DNA of 64,000 nt from Dehalococcoidia bacterium (GCA_049694415.1 JBAVQV010000096.1:3099-67098), one strand, 5' to 3'. Shown: positions 1 to 9,974, counted from the first letter of the stretch. Numbers and translations are program-made. The notes: generated from the sequence alone by a model not told the origin.

Positions 1-1727
1 TCGGTTTTGCCTGGCTAAAATTGCCCAGTGGGCAGGAAGTGGGAGTTGTTGATGTTCCGGGACATGAGCGCTTTGTAAGGAACATGCTGGCGGGGGTAGG
101 CGGCATAGATTTAGCTTTGCTTATCGTGGCTGCTGACGAAGGGGTAATGCCTCAGACCAGAGAGCATTTAGCCATACTTGATTTACTTGACATAACAAAA
201 GGGATTGTAGTGATCACTAAAAAAGACCTGGTGGATGAGGAATTATTGAGCTTGGTCAGGCTGGAGGCTGAAGAGCTAATTAAGTCGACAAGCTTAGACG
301 GGTCGCCTGTGGTTGCAGTATCGGCAGTCAGCGGTGAAGGAATGACAGACCTTGTTTCGAGTATAGACAGGATTCTGTCATCCGCTGAGCCGAGAAAAGA
401 TATCGGTAGGCCGAGGCTTATGATAGACCGCGCTTTCACCATAGCCGGCTCCGGTACTGTGGTAACCGGAACATTAGTCGATGGTTCACTAATGGCAGGG
501 CAGGAGGTGGAAATACTGCCGTCCGGGCTCAAAGCCAGGCTCCGGGGATTGCAGACTCACAAGACTCGCATTGATATGGCTAACCCTGGCAGTCGGGTGG
601 CGGCTAACCTGACCGGTGTGTCAACTTCTCAATTGGAACGTGGTGACGTGCTCACTAAACCAGGCTGGTTAGTGGCGACGACGAGGTTAGACGTAAGACT
701 ACGTATGCTTTCAAATCTTAAACATCCTTTGCGTCATGGTACTGCCGTTGGTTTTTTCACAGGTGCTGCTGAGGTAACGGCCAAAGTACACTTGCTGGAG
801 AAAGAAAAGCTGGATTCTGGAGATATTTCCTGGGCCCAACTTACCTTGACTATGCCGGTGGCATTGGTTAAAAGTGACCATTTCATTATCCGTTCACCAA
901 TGGATACATTGGGAGGTGGTGTGATTGTGGAGTCGCACTCAGTGAGACATCGCCGATTTCGCCCGGATATAGTTCAAAATCTGAAGATTAGGGCAGAGGG
1001 AACCGTGGGAGATGCTGTGCTGGCTACGCTGGAGGCGAACCAACCCTTGGGACCAGAGGAGCTGGCAGTGAAGTGTGATTTGGGAGCTGATGAAATGCAT
1101 GAAGTCGTTGATAGGCTGGTCAACGATGGAAAGGTGGTAATAGTGGGGCAGGGGAAGCAAAGCCTTCTTTTTACCGGTTCCGGCTGGGAGCGATTGGCTA
1201 AGAAGGCGGAAGATGTAGTGCGGAATTATCATCGAAAATTTCCCACCCGCGCCGGAATACCCAAGGGGGAACTGAGCAGTAAGTTGAAACTATCGCCAAC
1301 TTCTGCCGCATTACAGAGACTTTTTGAGTCTGGTGTTCTGGTTGAAGAAGGCGCGGCCGTTCATCTTCCGTCTTATCGAATTCAGCTTTCCCAGCCACAA
1401 CAGGAAAAAATAAACAACTTTCTCCGTGCCTTGAAGGAGAATCCTTATTCTCCGCCCGGTGATATAACCCTGGAACCTGACTTGCTGAATTTACTCATTG
1501 AGCAGCAGCAAGTAGTGAAGGTAAGCGATGGAGTAGTATTTTCTGCGGCTGCCTATGAGGAAATGGTGAATAAGGTTGTGGCTTATGCCAAGGCAAAGGG
1601 TAAAGTGACCCTGGCTGAAGTGCGGGATATGTTGGGCACCAGCCGGAAATATGCCCAAGCACTTCTGGAATATATGGACGAGAAAAAAATCACACGCCGG
1701 GTTGGTGACGAGCGAATACTAAGATAA
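1..1727 (+). CDS. selB: selenocysteine-specific elongation factor SelB (5' partial; runs off the window start)
   Basis: Frame is open back to nt 3. G3 motif DVPGHERF and the GTPase NKxD region (ITKKDL) are present. C-terminal winged-helix region is typical of SelB. The N-terminal P-loop is missing because the window starts inside the gene. Confidence 0.8.
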   Translation, partial: GFAWLKLPSGQEVGVVDVPGHERFVRNMLAGVGGIDLALLIVAADEGVMPQTREHLAILDLLDITKGIVVITKKDLVDEELLSLVRLEAEELIKSTSLDGSPVVAVSAVSGEGMTDLVSSIDRILSSAEPRKDIGRPRLMIDRAFTIAGSGTVVTGTLVDGSLMAGQEVEILPSGLKARLRGLQTHKTRIDMANPGSRVAANLTGVSTSQLERGDVLTKPGWLVATTRLDVRLRMLSNLKHPLRHGTAVGFFTGAAEVTAKVHLLEKEKLDSGDISWAQLTLTMPVALVKSDHFIIRSPMDTLGGGVIVESHSVRHRRFRPDIVQNLKIRAEGTVGDAVLATLEANQPLGPEELAVKCDLGADEMHEVVDRLVNDGKVVIVGQGKQSLLFTGSGWERLAKKAEDVVRNYHRKFPTRAGIPKGELSSKLKLSPTSAALQRLFESGVLVEEGAAVHLPSYRIQLSQPQQEKINNFLRALKENPYSPPGDITLEPDLLNLLIEQQQVVKVSDGVVFSAAAYEEMVNKVVAYAKAKGKVTLAEVRDMLGTSRKYAQALLEYMDEKKITRRVGDERILR

Positions 1728-1892
1728 CTAATACTGTTTAGTAAATTGGCCGTTATCTTCGGAGAAATACCAGGCACCATTATAGGCTGAGTTTATGGGA
1801 CAGGTTTTGATTATGCTCCACATCCTATTGCCCACATACCCAGCGATAAAAGTCGGTGCGGCGTCCTCATACTGAGGACAGCTGGCAGCTGC

Positions 1893-2447
1893 TCAGCCGG
1901 TACGTCTGGTTTCCAACCGACAATCAGGGCTAAGCTTCTTTGCGGCAGCTATGACTTGGTTCACAGTATAGCTAGGTGAATCAGAGACGGGTTTTGGGTT
2001 TTGTTGAACATCTGTGCCGGATGTAACTGGCGGAGATGAGGGAGGGGACGAGGGAGGGGATTGGCCACCAAAGGTATATCCGCCAAGCCAGTTAGATGAA
2101 TTTCCTTGGCTACTCGTGCCAACAGCATATATGATTCCTACCAGGAAGAAAATGATAGCTACCACGATAAAATAGCGCCCAATCTGACTTGCAGGCCGCC
2201 GAATTGTATCTTCTACTCTTGTCGCTTTTATGTGATGGATGTGTTCGGCTTTGTTAGCTAAGGGCACGGTATGATGCGCCACGTGGTACAGCTTTCCACC
2301 ACAATTGGTGCAAAATCCGGATGCGGTCCCTACCCCGCTACCACAATGGCGACATCTGTATTCGAAATGTTGTCCACATATGCCGCAGACGTGCTGTCCC
2401 ACGGGGATTTGAGCACCACACTTAGGACACGGAAACGATTGCTGCAA
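1893..2447 (-). CDS. double zinc-ribbon membrane protein (hypothetical), Pro/Ser-rich C-terminus
   Basis: Two CxxC...CxxC zinc-ribbon motifs at the N-terminus (CPKCG..CGICG; CRHCG..CTNCG), one predicted TM helix (FIVVAIIFFLVGIIYAV) and a PPSSPPSSPP tail. The N-terminus resembles the ORF at 5184..5750. Confidence 0.55.
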   Translation of the reverse strand: MQQSFPCPKCGAQIPVGQHVCGICGQHFEYRCRHCGSGVGTASGFCTNCGGKLYHVAHHTVPLANKAEHIHHIKATRVEDTIRRPASQIGRYFIVVAIIFFLVGIIYAVGTSSQGNSSNWLGGYTFGGQSPPSSPPSSPPVTSGTDVQQNPKPVSDSPSYTVNQVIAAAKKLSPDCRLETRRTG

Positions 2448-2780
2448 CTTATACTCCGTTTTCCTTATCTAAATGGTACCTCGCAATCGAAACGATATGC
2501 AAATGCATCTAAAACCAATTATCTACCCTTTATCTACCTGGCGGAAGCAAAATAGAAAACTCTCAATACTTCCATCATCTAAGAATCCCCTTCCTTTTAT
2601 ATATAGAGGGCAGTTATTTTGCAAATCAGTCACCTGTGGTACTTATGGCTATATAATTCGTGGTACCTAAGTGTCTAGTGGAAACAGTACTAATTCATCA
2701 TGTTTTATTGATTGTCCTGTGTGAAAATAGAAATGTAGATACGGAGCCAACCGTAACATACTTTAGATTAAGGAGGGAGA

Positions 2781-2918
2781 AATGAGCAGAACCAAAAAAT
2801 TCATGTCTATTGTCGGAGGTGATAAGAAGCTGCTGGGCATGTTCAGTGGTATTGTTATTAACGTTACTGCTCTTGTAGCTATCCTAGTCATGGCCTGCGT
2901 CTGGTATTTGCCGTAACT
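2781..2918 (+). CDS. small hydrophobic peptide (about 45 aa), hypothetical
   Basis: Strong SD AAGGAGGG lies 7 nt upstream of the ATG. Translation is MSRTKKFMSIVGGDKKLLGMFSGIVINVTALVAILVMACVWYLP, with one TM helix. Below the 60-aa cutoff of the ORF track. A second tiny ORF (MVRKLISVIGGAYSLL...) follows at about 2948..3055. Confidence 0.3.
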
Positions 2919-3273
2919 TCTAAAATATCGTGGGGTTTGGAACTCCAATGGTACGAAAACTTATTAGCGTCATTGGGGGCGCGTATTCGTTGCTCTGCTC
3001 TTCTGGGCTTGGGCTTGGTATTTTTTGTGATATATGTTCTGGCTAGTAATGCCAGCCGCTTTTTTACGCGTCTTCCTCCAAGGCAAAAGCCTTACTGAAA
3101 CAACCCTCTAATTCTACTGGAATCCCCGATTTAACTACTCAGAATATCTTTAGTGCATTTTGTCCGGGTTCATTTACTTTGTTTTTCCTATTAGCACGCA
3201 GAGTAGATGCAAATCTGACCTGTACTTCGATAAAACTGCGAATCTCCGCTTGCTTCAGCAATTTTTAAAAAGG

Positions 3274-3341
3274 TGGCGGGAGCGTATGGGGGTCGAACCC
3301 ACCGAAGACACTATCAATGCCTCCCGACGGATTTGAAGTCC
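3274..3341 (-). repeat. 68-nt direct repeat of the 3' half of tRNA-Sec (displaced att-like copy)
   Basis: Identical to 6067..6134, which is the CCA end through the anticodon loop of selC. Identity stops exactly inside the anticodon stem. Confidence 0.8.
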
Positions 3342-3534
3342 TTTACCATTAAGCACATTCACCTTAACCTCTGTTCAAAAACGTGGTGTATTCCATTCAG
3401 CTTTGAGCGGGTGTATAATCTGAGCATGACTCTCCGTTGCGACTGAGCTAAAGGTAACAACACCCACTTCCAAGCAGAACCGTATAATGGTGATTGTTTA
3501 CCGAGCAAAATGTTGGTAATGACTGCGAGAAATT

Positions 3535-3888
3535 ATGGACTATTGTGGGGGAGAGAACTATTTAATTGCTCTGGGGGAACTTAATGCCCTTGACCGATTC
3601 CGTGATTATCTGCGTGATGAGAAATCATTATCACCAGAAACGCTAAAGCTATACAAAAGCTACATTCGGCAGTTGTTTGAATTTTTCGTAAAGGCAACTG
3701 GAGTGGAGCACGTGCAGCCTTATTGGGCTAACTGCAATCAGCAGTTCGTTTCGAACTATCTCATAAGCCTCAAAGAAAAAGGCAATGCCCCAAGAACAAT
3801 AGCTCGAAAAGCAGCTGTAATAGATTCCTTCTTTGAATTCACGGTTAATAAAGGATACTTGAGATATAACCCTGTAAGAGCTAAGTAG
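3535..3888 (+). pseudogene. tyrosine recombinase/integrase, N-terminal core-binding (SAM-like) domain only; catalytic domain missing
   Basis: 117 aa with the XerC/XerD-type N-terminal domain pattern (ETLKLYKSYIRQLFEFF...NAPRTIARKAAVIDSFFEFTVNKGYLRYNPV). The ORF stops there. No R-H-R-Y catalytic domain follows. Confidence 0.6.
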
Positions 3889-4016
3889 GATACTGACGAA
3901 CCCAAAAATCGGTTTCCAGTTCCGTGAACCAATTCACCTATATTCTGATAAGATTCGTTTTGAGGGTGTGCCTCACCTTCATACAACATCAGGTTGATAA
4001 TCAAGCTGGCACGGAT
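3887..4016 (+). repeat. ~130-bp direct repeat, copy A (GGATACTGACGAA ... TGAGGGTGTGCCTCACCTTCATACAACATCAGGTTGATAATCAAGCTGGCAC)
   Basis: Roughly 80-85% identical by eye to copy B at 4956..5085. Both copies flank the membrane-protein gene inside the islet. Confidence 0.5.
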
Positions 4017-4189
4017 TCACAGAAGTTTATGCTTGTAAGAGTCTGCGACAACGCTAATAGCTCACCTTGATGAATTGGAATGGCGATTCAATAATCGTGA
4101 GAATCCGTATTTGTTTAAAGATACACTATTAAAGCTAATCAATTCTGAGAACCTCACTTATCAAGAATTATGCAAATAAATACCAAAAA

Positions 4190-4879
4190 CTAATTTTTGG
4201 GTCTATTCCTTGCACTGATTTTGTCTGCTTCCCTGGATAAAGTTGCTAAATACCTAATTACCCCAGAAAATCGTGCCTTAAATGCTTGGTCTTTATCTTT
4301 ATCCCTATCGTAAAGTGATATTATCAAAGTAGGGGTTATCAAATATACATCCCGCTCTACTTTTAATTGGGCAATAGTCTGATAGATTCGCATCTTAAAT
4401 TGTTGTTCAATGGAATCAGAAAAAAGTTTCATAAGTTCTAGGAGTTTATCGGTAACCTCAATTACTACTTGGTCGAAAAGTGGTCTATATTTTAACCACT
4501 CTTGTTCTGAATAAACATGTTTACCTGTTTTCTCCATATGTTCCCATACATCTAAATATTGTCCTCCACCCTCGCTAAAATGCCCAGGATAATACAAAAT
4601 ATATGCATTTTTCCAAATATGACAAGCTCCGCTTATTTGGCTATATACCTGCTCAAGTAGGGGTATAGGATGAGCCTCTGCTTTTAAATACAACCTTAGA
4701 GGTCTTTTTTGAACACGAATATTTTTTATAAAAGCCCAACCTGGAATGAGTAGTAACAAGACAGCTAATACCATCAATAAACGCCCAAGCCATGGAATTT
4801 CAATACCACTCATCTCGAACCCAACCCAAAACACAATTGAAACAATAGTTGGGATAAATTTGATGATAGTTTTCCGCAT
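4190..4879 (-). CDS. hypothetical membrane protein (2 N-terminal TM helices + cytoplasmic domain)
   Basis: 229-aa ORF. TM segments are IPTIVSIVFWVGF and LLMVLAVLLLLIPGWAF. I recognise no family. Confidence 0.45.
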   Translation of the reverse strand: MRKTIIKFIPTIVSIVFWVGFEMSGIEIPWLGRLLMVLAVLLLLIPGWAFIKNIRVQKRPLRLYLKAEAHPIPLLEQVYSQISGACHIWKNAYILYYPGHFSEGGGQYLDVWEHMEKTGKHVYSEQEWLKYRPLFDQVVIEVTDKLLELMKLFSDSIEQQFKMRIYQTIAQLKVERDVYLITPTLIISLYDRDKDKDQAFKARFSGVIRYLATLSREADKISARNRPKN

Positions 4880-4955
4880 GCCCCTATTCTACCACTCATA
4901 CCTTTATCAGGCATATAAGCCTAAAACAATTGTACTTATTAGGTATGAGGTGTCA

Positions 4956-5085
4956 ACGGGATACTGACGAATCGAATATCGCGGGTTGCAGTTTTACAGA
5001 GGTACTGGACTAAAGAGCCACAAGTCTTGACTGAGGGTGTGCTTCACCCTTATACAACACTCAGTTTGATAATGAAGCTGGCACT
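4956..5085 (+). repeat. ~130-bp direct repeat, copy B
   Basis: Shares the GGGATACTGACGAA...TGAGGGTGTGCTTCACCCTTATACAACACTCAGTTTGATAATGAAGCTGGCAC blocks with copy A. Confidence 0.5.
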
Positions 5086-5183
5086 TCACAAATTAAGGTT
5101 CTCGGTGGGGGTATTCTATTTTGGTTTGGATGGGCGTATAATCGTGTATATACACGTGTGATTGAGGTGAATAGAAGGTTGTG

Positions 5184-5750
5184 ATGCAGCAGCAAGTGTC
5201 TACTTGCCCCAAGTGTGGTTATCAAAACATTGTAGGTCAGCAATTCTGCGGGAACTGCGGTACATCAAAAGTCGCCACTTGTCCATACTGCAGAGCCACT
5301 GTTGACCCTAGCCATAGATTTTGTAGAAATTGTGGAATGGTCTTAGCTAAAAAGACACAACCAGTCACTAAAAGCGGTATACCACTAAACACAAAAACGG
5401 GATTCCATGTGAATAATGTCAGATGGGATAGTGATGATAAATTCATCTTGCTGTTGCATACCTTGAAGCCTCGAATTCTTCAGAAATTTGTAGAAGGCAA
5501 GACCTTGTTGGAAATAGAAGCAGAGTTGGGATTACCTGTTGGGATCATTAGGGCTCTTATGGACAGAACAAAGTGGAGTGTGACTGTGAACGGAAAGACC
5601 AAGGTCATGCGACTAAAAAAGCTTACAGAACTCGTAAGAAAAAAAGGATGGCAGATAGGATATGAAGAACACTGCTTTGATGAAAATGGTCTGTTGTCAG
5701 AGGCATCGTTAATAGGAATGCTAAGTGAGTGGACACTGACATTGATGTGA
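5184..5750 (+). CDS. double zinc-ribbon protein with C-terminal HTH-like domain (putative regulator of the islet)
   Basis: N-terminus has CPKCGYQ..CGNCG and CPYCRAT..CRNCG. C-terminus has a sigma-70 region-4 / LuxR-like HTH (TLLEIEAELGLPVGIIRALMDRT). Confidence 0.5.
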   Translation: MQQQVSTCPKCGYQNIVGQQFCGNCGTSKVATCPYCRATVDPSHRFCRNCGMVLAKKTQPVTKSGIPLNTKTGFHVNNVRWDSDDKFILLLHTLKPRILQKFVEGKTLLEIEAELGLPVGIIRALMDRTKWSVTVNGKTKVMRLKKLTELVRKKGWQIGYEEHCFDENGLLSEASLIGMLSEWTLTLM

Positions 5751-6066
5751 GAAATAATGAGGGACAGCCAATGCACACAATTATGACCAATCCACAGTAG
5801 CAGACACTCAATGCGAAGTTGAAATAGCTGATTTTCCAGCGCTGCACAAAATAACTTTGTAAAACTTCAGGCTATCCTTAAAAGTAACTGACCTGGTATA
5901 TATCTACCCTGCTTAATAAGCCTAACTACCTTGCCTCCCAATTTAGCTATGCCTAACGGGTTCTTAGTCCATTGACGTTAGTCAGATTTGAGCTGTCTCC
6001 TACTTAGAAAGCTGGGGGCATTCTGTTTTGGTTTGGGTGGGAATATAATGGTTGCTTACCGTTTAT

Positions 6067-6163
6067 TGGCGGGAGCGTATGGGGGTCGAACCCACCGAAG
6101 ACACTATCAATGCCTCCCGACGGATTTGAAGTCCGCGAAGCCCACCGGGACTCAAACGCTCCC
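6067..6163 (-). tRNA. selC: tRNA-Sec (anticodon UCA), 97 nt, CCA encoded
   Basis: The reverse complement folds as follows. An 8-bp acceptor stem (GGGAGCGT/ACGCTCCC, perfect), a 6-bp D-stem with a 4-nt loop, an anticodon arm GCGGA-CTTCAAA-TCCGT (anticodon TCA) and a long variable arm. The T-arm is 5 bp (GTGGG-TTCGACC-CCCAT), the discriminator is G, followed by CCA. The 8/5 architecture is diagnostic of bacterial tRNA-Sec. selB is 4 kb away. Confidence 0.85.
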
Positions 6164-6346
6164 CAATTAGGGGCTTAGCTGCTCAGAACAGGTGTATATC
6201 TGGTCACACGGCTGACTCAGCTAACATAATACCAGATTCGTAGAGAGTAATGAAATGATTGATACACCTGTAAAAATCAAATTTGTTATAATTGCGCAGT
6301 ATCGGATTTCGGTTAAGACTAACTGTGGGCGAGATTTCTGATCCTT

Positions 6347-6382
6347 TATATAGAAATGAACCGGTATATAGAAATGAACCGG
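6347..6382. repeat. perfect 2 x 18-bp tandem repeat (TATATAGAAATGAACCGG)
   Basis: Read directly from the sequence. Sits between selC and the LutB-like gene. Its translation yields the artefactual LYRNEPVYRNEP in the extended ORF. Confidence 0.9.
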
Positions 6383-6423
6383 GTGCATTAACTCGGTTAA
6401 CAAAAGCCCGGCGTATACGAGCT

Positions 6424-7668
6424 ATGAGAAGTGCATTTAACGTAGTCAGGAAACGACAACAGGCGAATATTCACCGCATACCTGACCTCGAAGGTCGTAA
6501 AAAAAGACTCAGGCGAGCTCGGAAGCGTGCTATTGGCAACGAGGCTCTTCTTAAACAGGCTGTTGAAAATTTGAGACAAAACGGAATAAAGGTATACAGG
6601 GCGGATAGCCGCGAGGAAGCCATATCATTAGTTGTCAGGGAAATCGGAGATAACAGGCTGGTGGTTAAATCAAAGTCTAATTTGACTAAAGAAATCGGCC
6701 TTACAACGACTCTGGGTGAAATGGGCATTGAGATTATAGAGACCGATATCGGGGACAGGATAATCCAGATTTCCGGCGGTGTGCCGTCCCATCCTACAGG
6801 TCCGGCCAGCCATCTAACTAAGTATGACATAGCTGATATCCTATCCGCTCACCTGGGCGGGAAAGTGGAACCGACTGCCCAGACGATAGTTCAGCTGCTT
6901 CGAGATGAGATATCTACACATATAGACAGGTCTACAATCGGCATCACTGGGGCCAATGCCATTGTGGCTGAGGACGGAGCTATATTGCTGCTGCATAATG
7001 AGGGAAATATCCTACAGGTGTCAATGCGGCCGGGAAAACATATTATCCTGGCCGGGATAGATAAGATATACCAGAATATGGAAGAAGCACTGAATATGTT
7101 GAAGCTCCAGACATTTTGTGCCACAGGCTCCCTGGCCACCTCGTTCGTAAATATAATCAGCAGCCCAAGTCAGACCGCTGACATTGAAAAGCAGTTAATC
7201 AAAGGTGTCCATGGGCCCAGTGAACTGTGTGTCATTCTGGTTGATAACCACAGGGGCGATATAGCGAAGAGCGAATATAAGGACTTACTATACTGCATAG
7301 GTTGTGGTCAGTGTCTGCTGGTTTGTCCTGCTTATAGTGTTTATGGCAATAGATTCGGCGTAGATAGCCAGCTTGGGGGAAGGGGATTAGTCTATTCTGC
7401 TTTGAGCAGCGAGGCATCTGTGGAGGGTAATAAAGGGATGGACCTGTGTCTTAGCTGTCGGAAGTGCCAGCAGAGCTGCCCTGTAGCCATAGATATTCCT
7501 TCTATGGTCACAAAGTTGCGTTTAGAAAACCGTAGAAAAATTCTGGAACCACATTTGCAGACTGCATATGATTTCCTGCGCGCCCATATAGAATGGGTAG
7601 GTAATGTGATTTGGAACGAAGCATTGCTGCTGCTTTCAGATTGTCGCGGTCGTCAGGTTAACGGTTAG
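6424..7668 (+). CDS. LutB-like protein: LUD (DUF162) domain + 2x[4Fe-4S] ferredoxin iron-sulfur protein
   Basis: Two CxxCxxCxxxCP clusters (CIGCGQCLLVCP, CLSCRKCQQSCP) and an N-terminal LUD-type domain. The ORF track starts at 6292, but that extension reads through the tandem repeat. The start at ATG 6424 is my inference. Confidence 0.6.
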   Translation: MRSAFNVVRKRQQANIHRIPDLEGRKKRLRRARKRAIGNEALLKQAVENLRQNGIKVYRADSREEAISLVVREIGDNRLVVKSKSNLTKEIGLTTTLGEMGIEIIETDIGDRIIQISGGVPSHPTGPASHLTKYDIADILSAHLGGKVEPTAQTIVQLLRDEISTHIDRSTIGITGANAIVAEDGAILLLHNEGNILQVSMRPGKHIILAGIDKIYQNMEEALNMLKLQTFCATGSLATSFVNIISSPSQTADIEKQLIKGVHGPSELCVILVDNHRGDIAKSEYKDLLYCIGCGQCLLVCPAYSVYGNRFGVDSQLGGRGLVYSALSSEASVEGNKGMDLCLSCRKCQQSCPVAIDIPSMVTKLRLENRRKILEPHLQTAYDFLRAHIEWVGNVIWNEALLLLSDCRGRQVNG

Positions 7669-7676
7669 TCGTCAGT

Positions 7677-9974
7677 CTAGTTCGCAGGTTGCCCCTCAAT
7701 TACGGGTAATTCTACTATAAAAGTGGCTCCCTTGCCCGGTTCACTTTCAACGTATATGTTGCCACTGTGTTCTGTCACTATGCTGTGACAGATGCTCAAA
7801 CCCAGCCCAATGCCCTGGCCTACTTCTTTGGTAGTGAAAAAGGGGTTGAATATCTGCCCCAGGTTCTCGGGAGGGATGCCGGGACCATCATCGGCAAAGG
7901 AGGCTCTGATAACATCTCCTTTGCTCTCGGTGGTAATGGTCAGCGTGCCTTTTTTGTGTGCCTGGAACATAAAATATTCGGCATTGATGATGATATTCAG
8001 GCACACTTGATGCATCCGGACAGGGCCAACCATGACCAGCGGTAGCTCTGGATCGAAGTTGGTCTTCACCTTGATGTTTGTGTTCTTCTGTTCATATTGC
8101 CGCAGCTTAAGCACGTCCTTGATAAAGCTGTTTATGTCAGAGAGTTGCTTTTGCAGCGGCCGCTTGAGAGCAAAGACCATGAAGTTCTTTATTACTTCCG
8201 CGGCGCGCTGGGCTTCTTCATAAATGCCCGTTAGGTCGCTCCTGACATCTTCAGACAGGTCTTTTCTATCCAGCAGTAGCTGGACATAGCCGATGACGCT
8301 GGTCAATGGGTTATTAAGCTCATGGGCGAAGCCTCCGGCCATATTGCCGAGGGCAGCCAACCGATCGGTGATAGTCAGGCTGTCCAGCATTTTCTTGCGT
8401 TCGGTGATATCTCTTCCAATCCCCTGAATTGCGTAAGGTTTTCCGTCACGGTCAATAACGGAAGCCTTAGTCTCCACATCTACAAAATCGCCGTCCTTGC
8501 GCTTTAACCTGAACTCCGTCACCTCTCTTTGGGCACCGGTCTTCTTAAGCTCTTCGAGTGTCTGAATAACCTTGGGCATCTGGTCTTGGGTCAATAGCGA
8601 GGCAAAATTAAGTGAAAGAATTTCTTGTTTTTTGTAGCCTAGCAGATTCAGGGCTGCGTTGTTAGCGTCGATGAAATTCCCTTCAAAGTCATGAAGGTAA
8701 ACTAAGTCAAGCGAACGGTCAAATAAGGTATGATAACGCTCCTCACCTTCTCGTAGTTTTTCCTCCGCCTGCTTGCGCTCGGTGATGTCAGATAAGACAC
8801 CGGTTATACCTATTACCTGCCCGTGTTGCATCCGTTGGCGGCTGTTGGTGCGCGCGTAGCGAATGCTACCGTCTTTGTCTAAAACCCGAAACTCAAAAGG
8901 CTTAAGTATGCCAGCCAGGACACGATGGAAGCTGGATATTAAACCGGGCATGTCATCCGGGTGGACAAAACGACTGAAATTCTGACCTATCAATTCGTCC
9001 GCCTTGTATTTACCAATCCGTTCTATAGCCGGGCTGATGTAGGTTATGTTGCCCTCTGTATCCACTTCGAATATGACGTCGTTAATATTTTCAACGAGAT
9101 TCTGATATCTCTCCTGGGATTGCTGCAGTGCTTCTTCGGCCTGCTTGCGCTCGGTGATATCCTGCACAATACCGAATAGCTTGACGATCCGACCGTAGGC
9201 ATCCTTAATAGGTTGCATTGTCGCTAAATAGAAAACATGTCGCCCGCTTGGTAAGTCAGCTTCCAAGTCGTATTTGAAATCCTTCCCTTCCTCGATAGCA
9301 CGGCGTGCATATTCGCGCAATTTTAGGCCTTGCTCTTGAGAGTAATATGAAGCTTCGTCCTCGGCAGTGGGTGGGCCCAAAGCAGAGTCGCGATCGTAGA
9401 GCTTGTACGTGTTGTCAGACCACGTGATTTTTTGACTTTCGATATCAAATTCCCAGCTTCCAATACGTCCCGATATTTGAGCCTCCTTTAACTTTGCCTC
9501 GCTCTGCCGCAACGCTTCTTCGGCCCGCTTGCGCTCGGTGATATCGCGAATCACGGCTGTGAAGAAGACACCTTCCCCCGTCTTCCATTTAGCCATAGAG
9601 AGTTCCAGCGGAAATTCGCTCTTGCCTTTTCTGAGTCCAATGACCTCTACAGTTTTGCCGATAATTCTCGGTTTGCCGCCTGAGGCCACACGGTTCAAGC
9701 TGTTTTTGTGGGCTTCATGGAATCGCTTTGGCATGATTCGGGTTAGTGGCTTGCCTAGCATTTCTTCCGCAGTGTAACCAAATATTTTTTCTGCGGCGCG
9801 ATTCCAGAGCACGATATTTCCTTGCGCATTAATCGTAACCATACCGTCGGGTGTACTTTCTGCTATGGAGCGGTAATGTTGCTTTCTGTACTCCAATTCT
9901 TCAAGGTTCTGTGACCACTCAGGATGTTCACGCGTCTTTCCAGATTTCCGCCTTTGCGATTTCGCTACCTTCAT
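7677..9974 (-). CDS. multi-PAS sensor histidine kinase
   Basis: About four PAS/PAC modules, each separated by a repeated ITERK(Q/R)AEEAL linker. H-box HELNNPLTSV and a HATPase_c domain (G-boxes GxGxGL) are present. Confidence 0.8.
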   Translation of the reverse strand: MKVAKSQRRKSGKTREHPEWSQNLEELEYRKQHYRSIAESTPDGMVTINAQGNIVLWNRAAEKIFGYTAEEMLGKPLTRIMPKRFHEAHKNSLNRVASGGKPRIIGKTVEVIGLRKGKSEFPLELSMAKWKTGEGVFFTAVIRDITERKRAEEALRQSEAKLKEAQISGRIGSWEFDIESQKITWSDNTYKLYDRDSALGPPTAEDEASYYSQEQGLKLREYARRAIEEGKDFKYDLEADLPSGRHVFYLATMQPIKDAYGRIVKLFGIVQDITERKQAEEALQQSQERYQNLVENINDVIFEVDTEGNITYISPAIERIGKYKADELIGQNFSRFVHPDDMPGLISSFHRVLAGILKPFEFRVLDKDGSIRYARTNSRQRMQHGQVIGITGVLSDITERKQAEEKLREGEERYHTLFDRSLDLVYLHDFEGNFIDANNAALNLLGYKKQEILSLNFASLLTQDQMPKVIQTLEELKKTGAQREVTEFRLKRKDGDFVDVETKASVIDRDGKPYAIQGIGRDITERKKMLDSLTITDRLAALGNMAGGFAHELNNPLTSVIGYVQLLLDRKDLSEDVRSDLTGIYEEAQRAAEVIKNFMVFALKRPLQKQLSDINSFIKDVLKLRQYEQKNTNIKVKTNFDPELPLVMVGPVRMHQVCLNIIINAEYFMFQAHKKGTLTITTESKGDVIRASFADDGPGIPPENLGQIFNPFFTTKEVGQGIGLGLSICHSIVTEHSGNIYVESEPGKGATFIVELPVIEGQPAN

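Larger units (their letters stand above)
3342..6066. mobile_element. degraded integrative element / genomic islet inserted at the 3' end of tRNA-Sec
   Basis: Bounded by the partial tRNA-Sec copy (3274..3341) and the intact selC (6067..6163). Contains a truncated tyrosine-recombinase N-terminal domain, a membrane protein, a zinc-ribbon/HTH protein and internal ~130-bp direct repeats. Confidence 0.65.

Noticed and set aside
152-1398. Antisense ORFs inside selB (152..532, 939..1232, 1198..1398) and similar antisense or overlapping ORFs inside the HK, thrS, pheT, proS, the surface proteins, the thiolase and ligase genes
   Set aside because: They lie fully inside well-supported conserved genes on the opposite strand or in another frame. 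They have no domains and no RBS.
3274-6163. Considered whether the repeated GGTTCGACCCCC...CGCCA element was the 3' end of tmRNA (ssrA) rather than a tRNA
   Set aside because: The full copy folds as a complete 97-nt tRNA with an 8-bp acceptor stem, a 6-bp D-stem, a UCA anticodon loop and a 5-bp T-stem, which is the tRNA-Sec architecture. There is no upstream tag-peptide reading frame or pseudoknot region.
6347-6382. Possible CRISPR-like repeat
   Set aside because: Only two 18-bp units, directly abutting with no spacers. No further repeats and no cas genes are present in the window.
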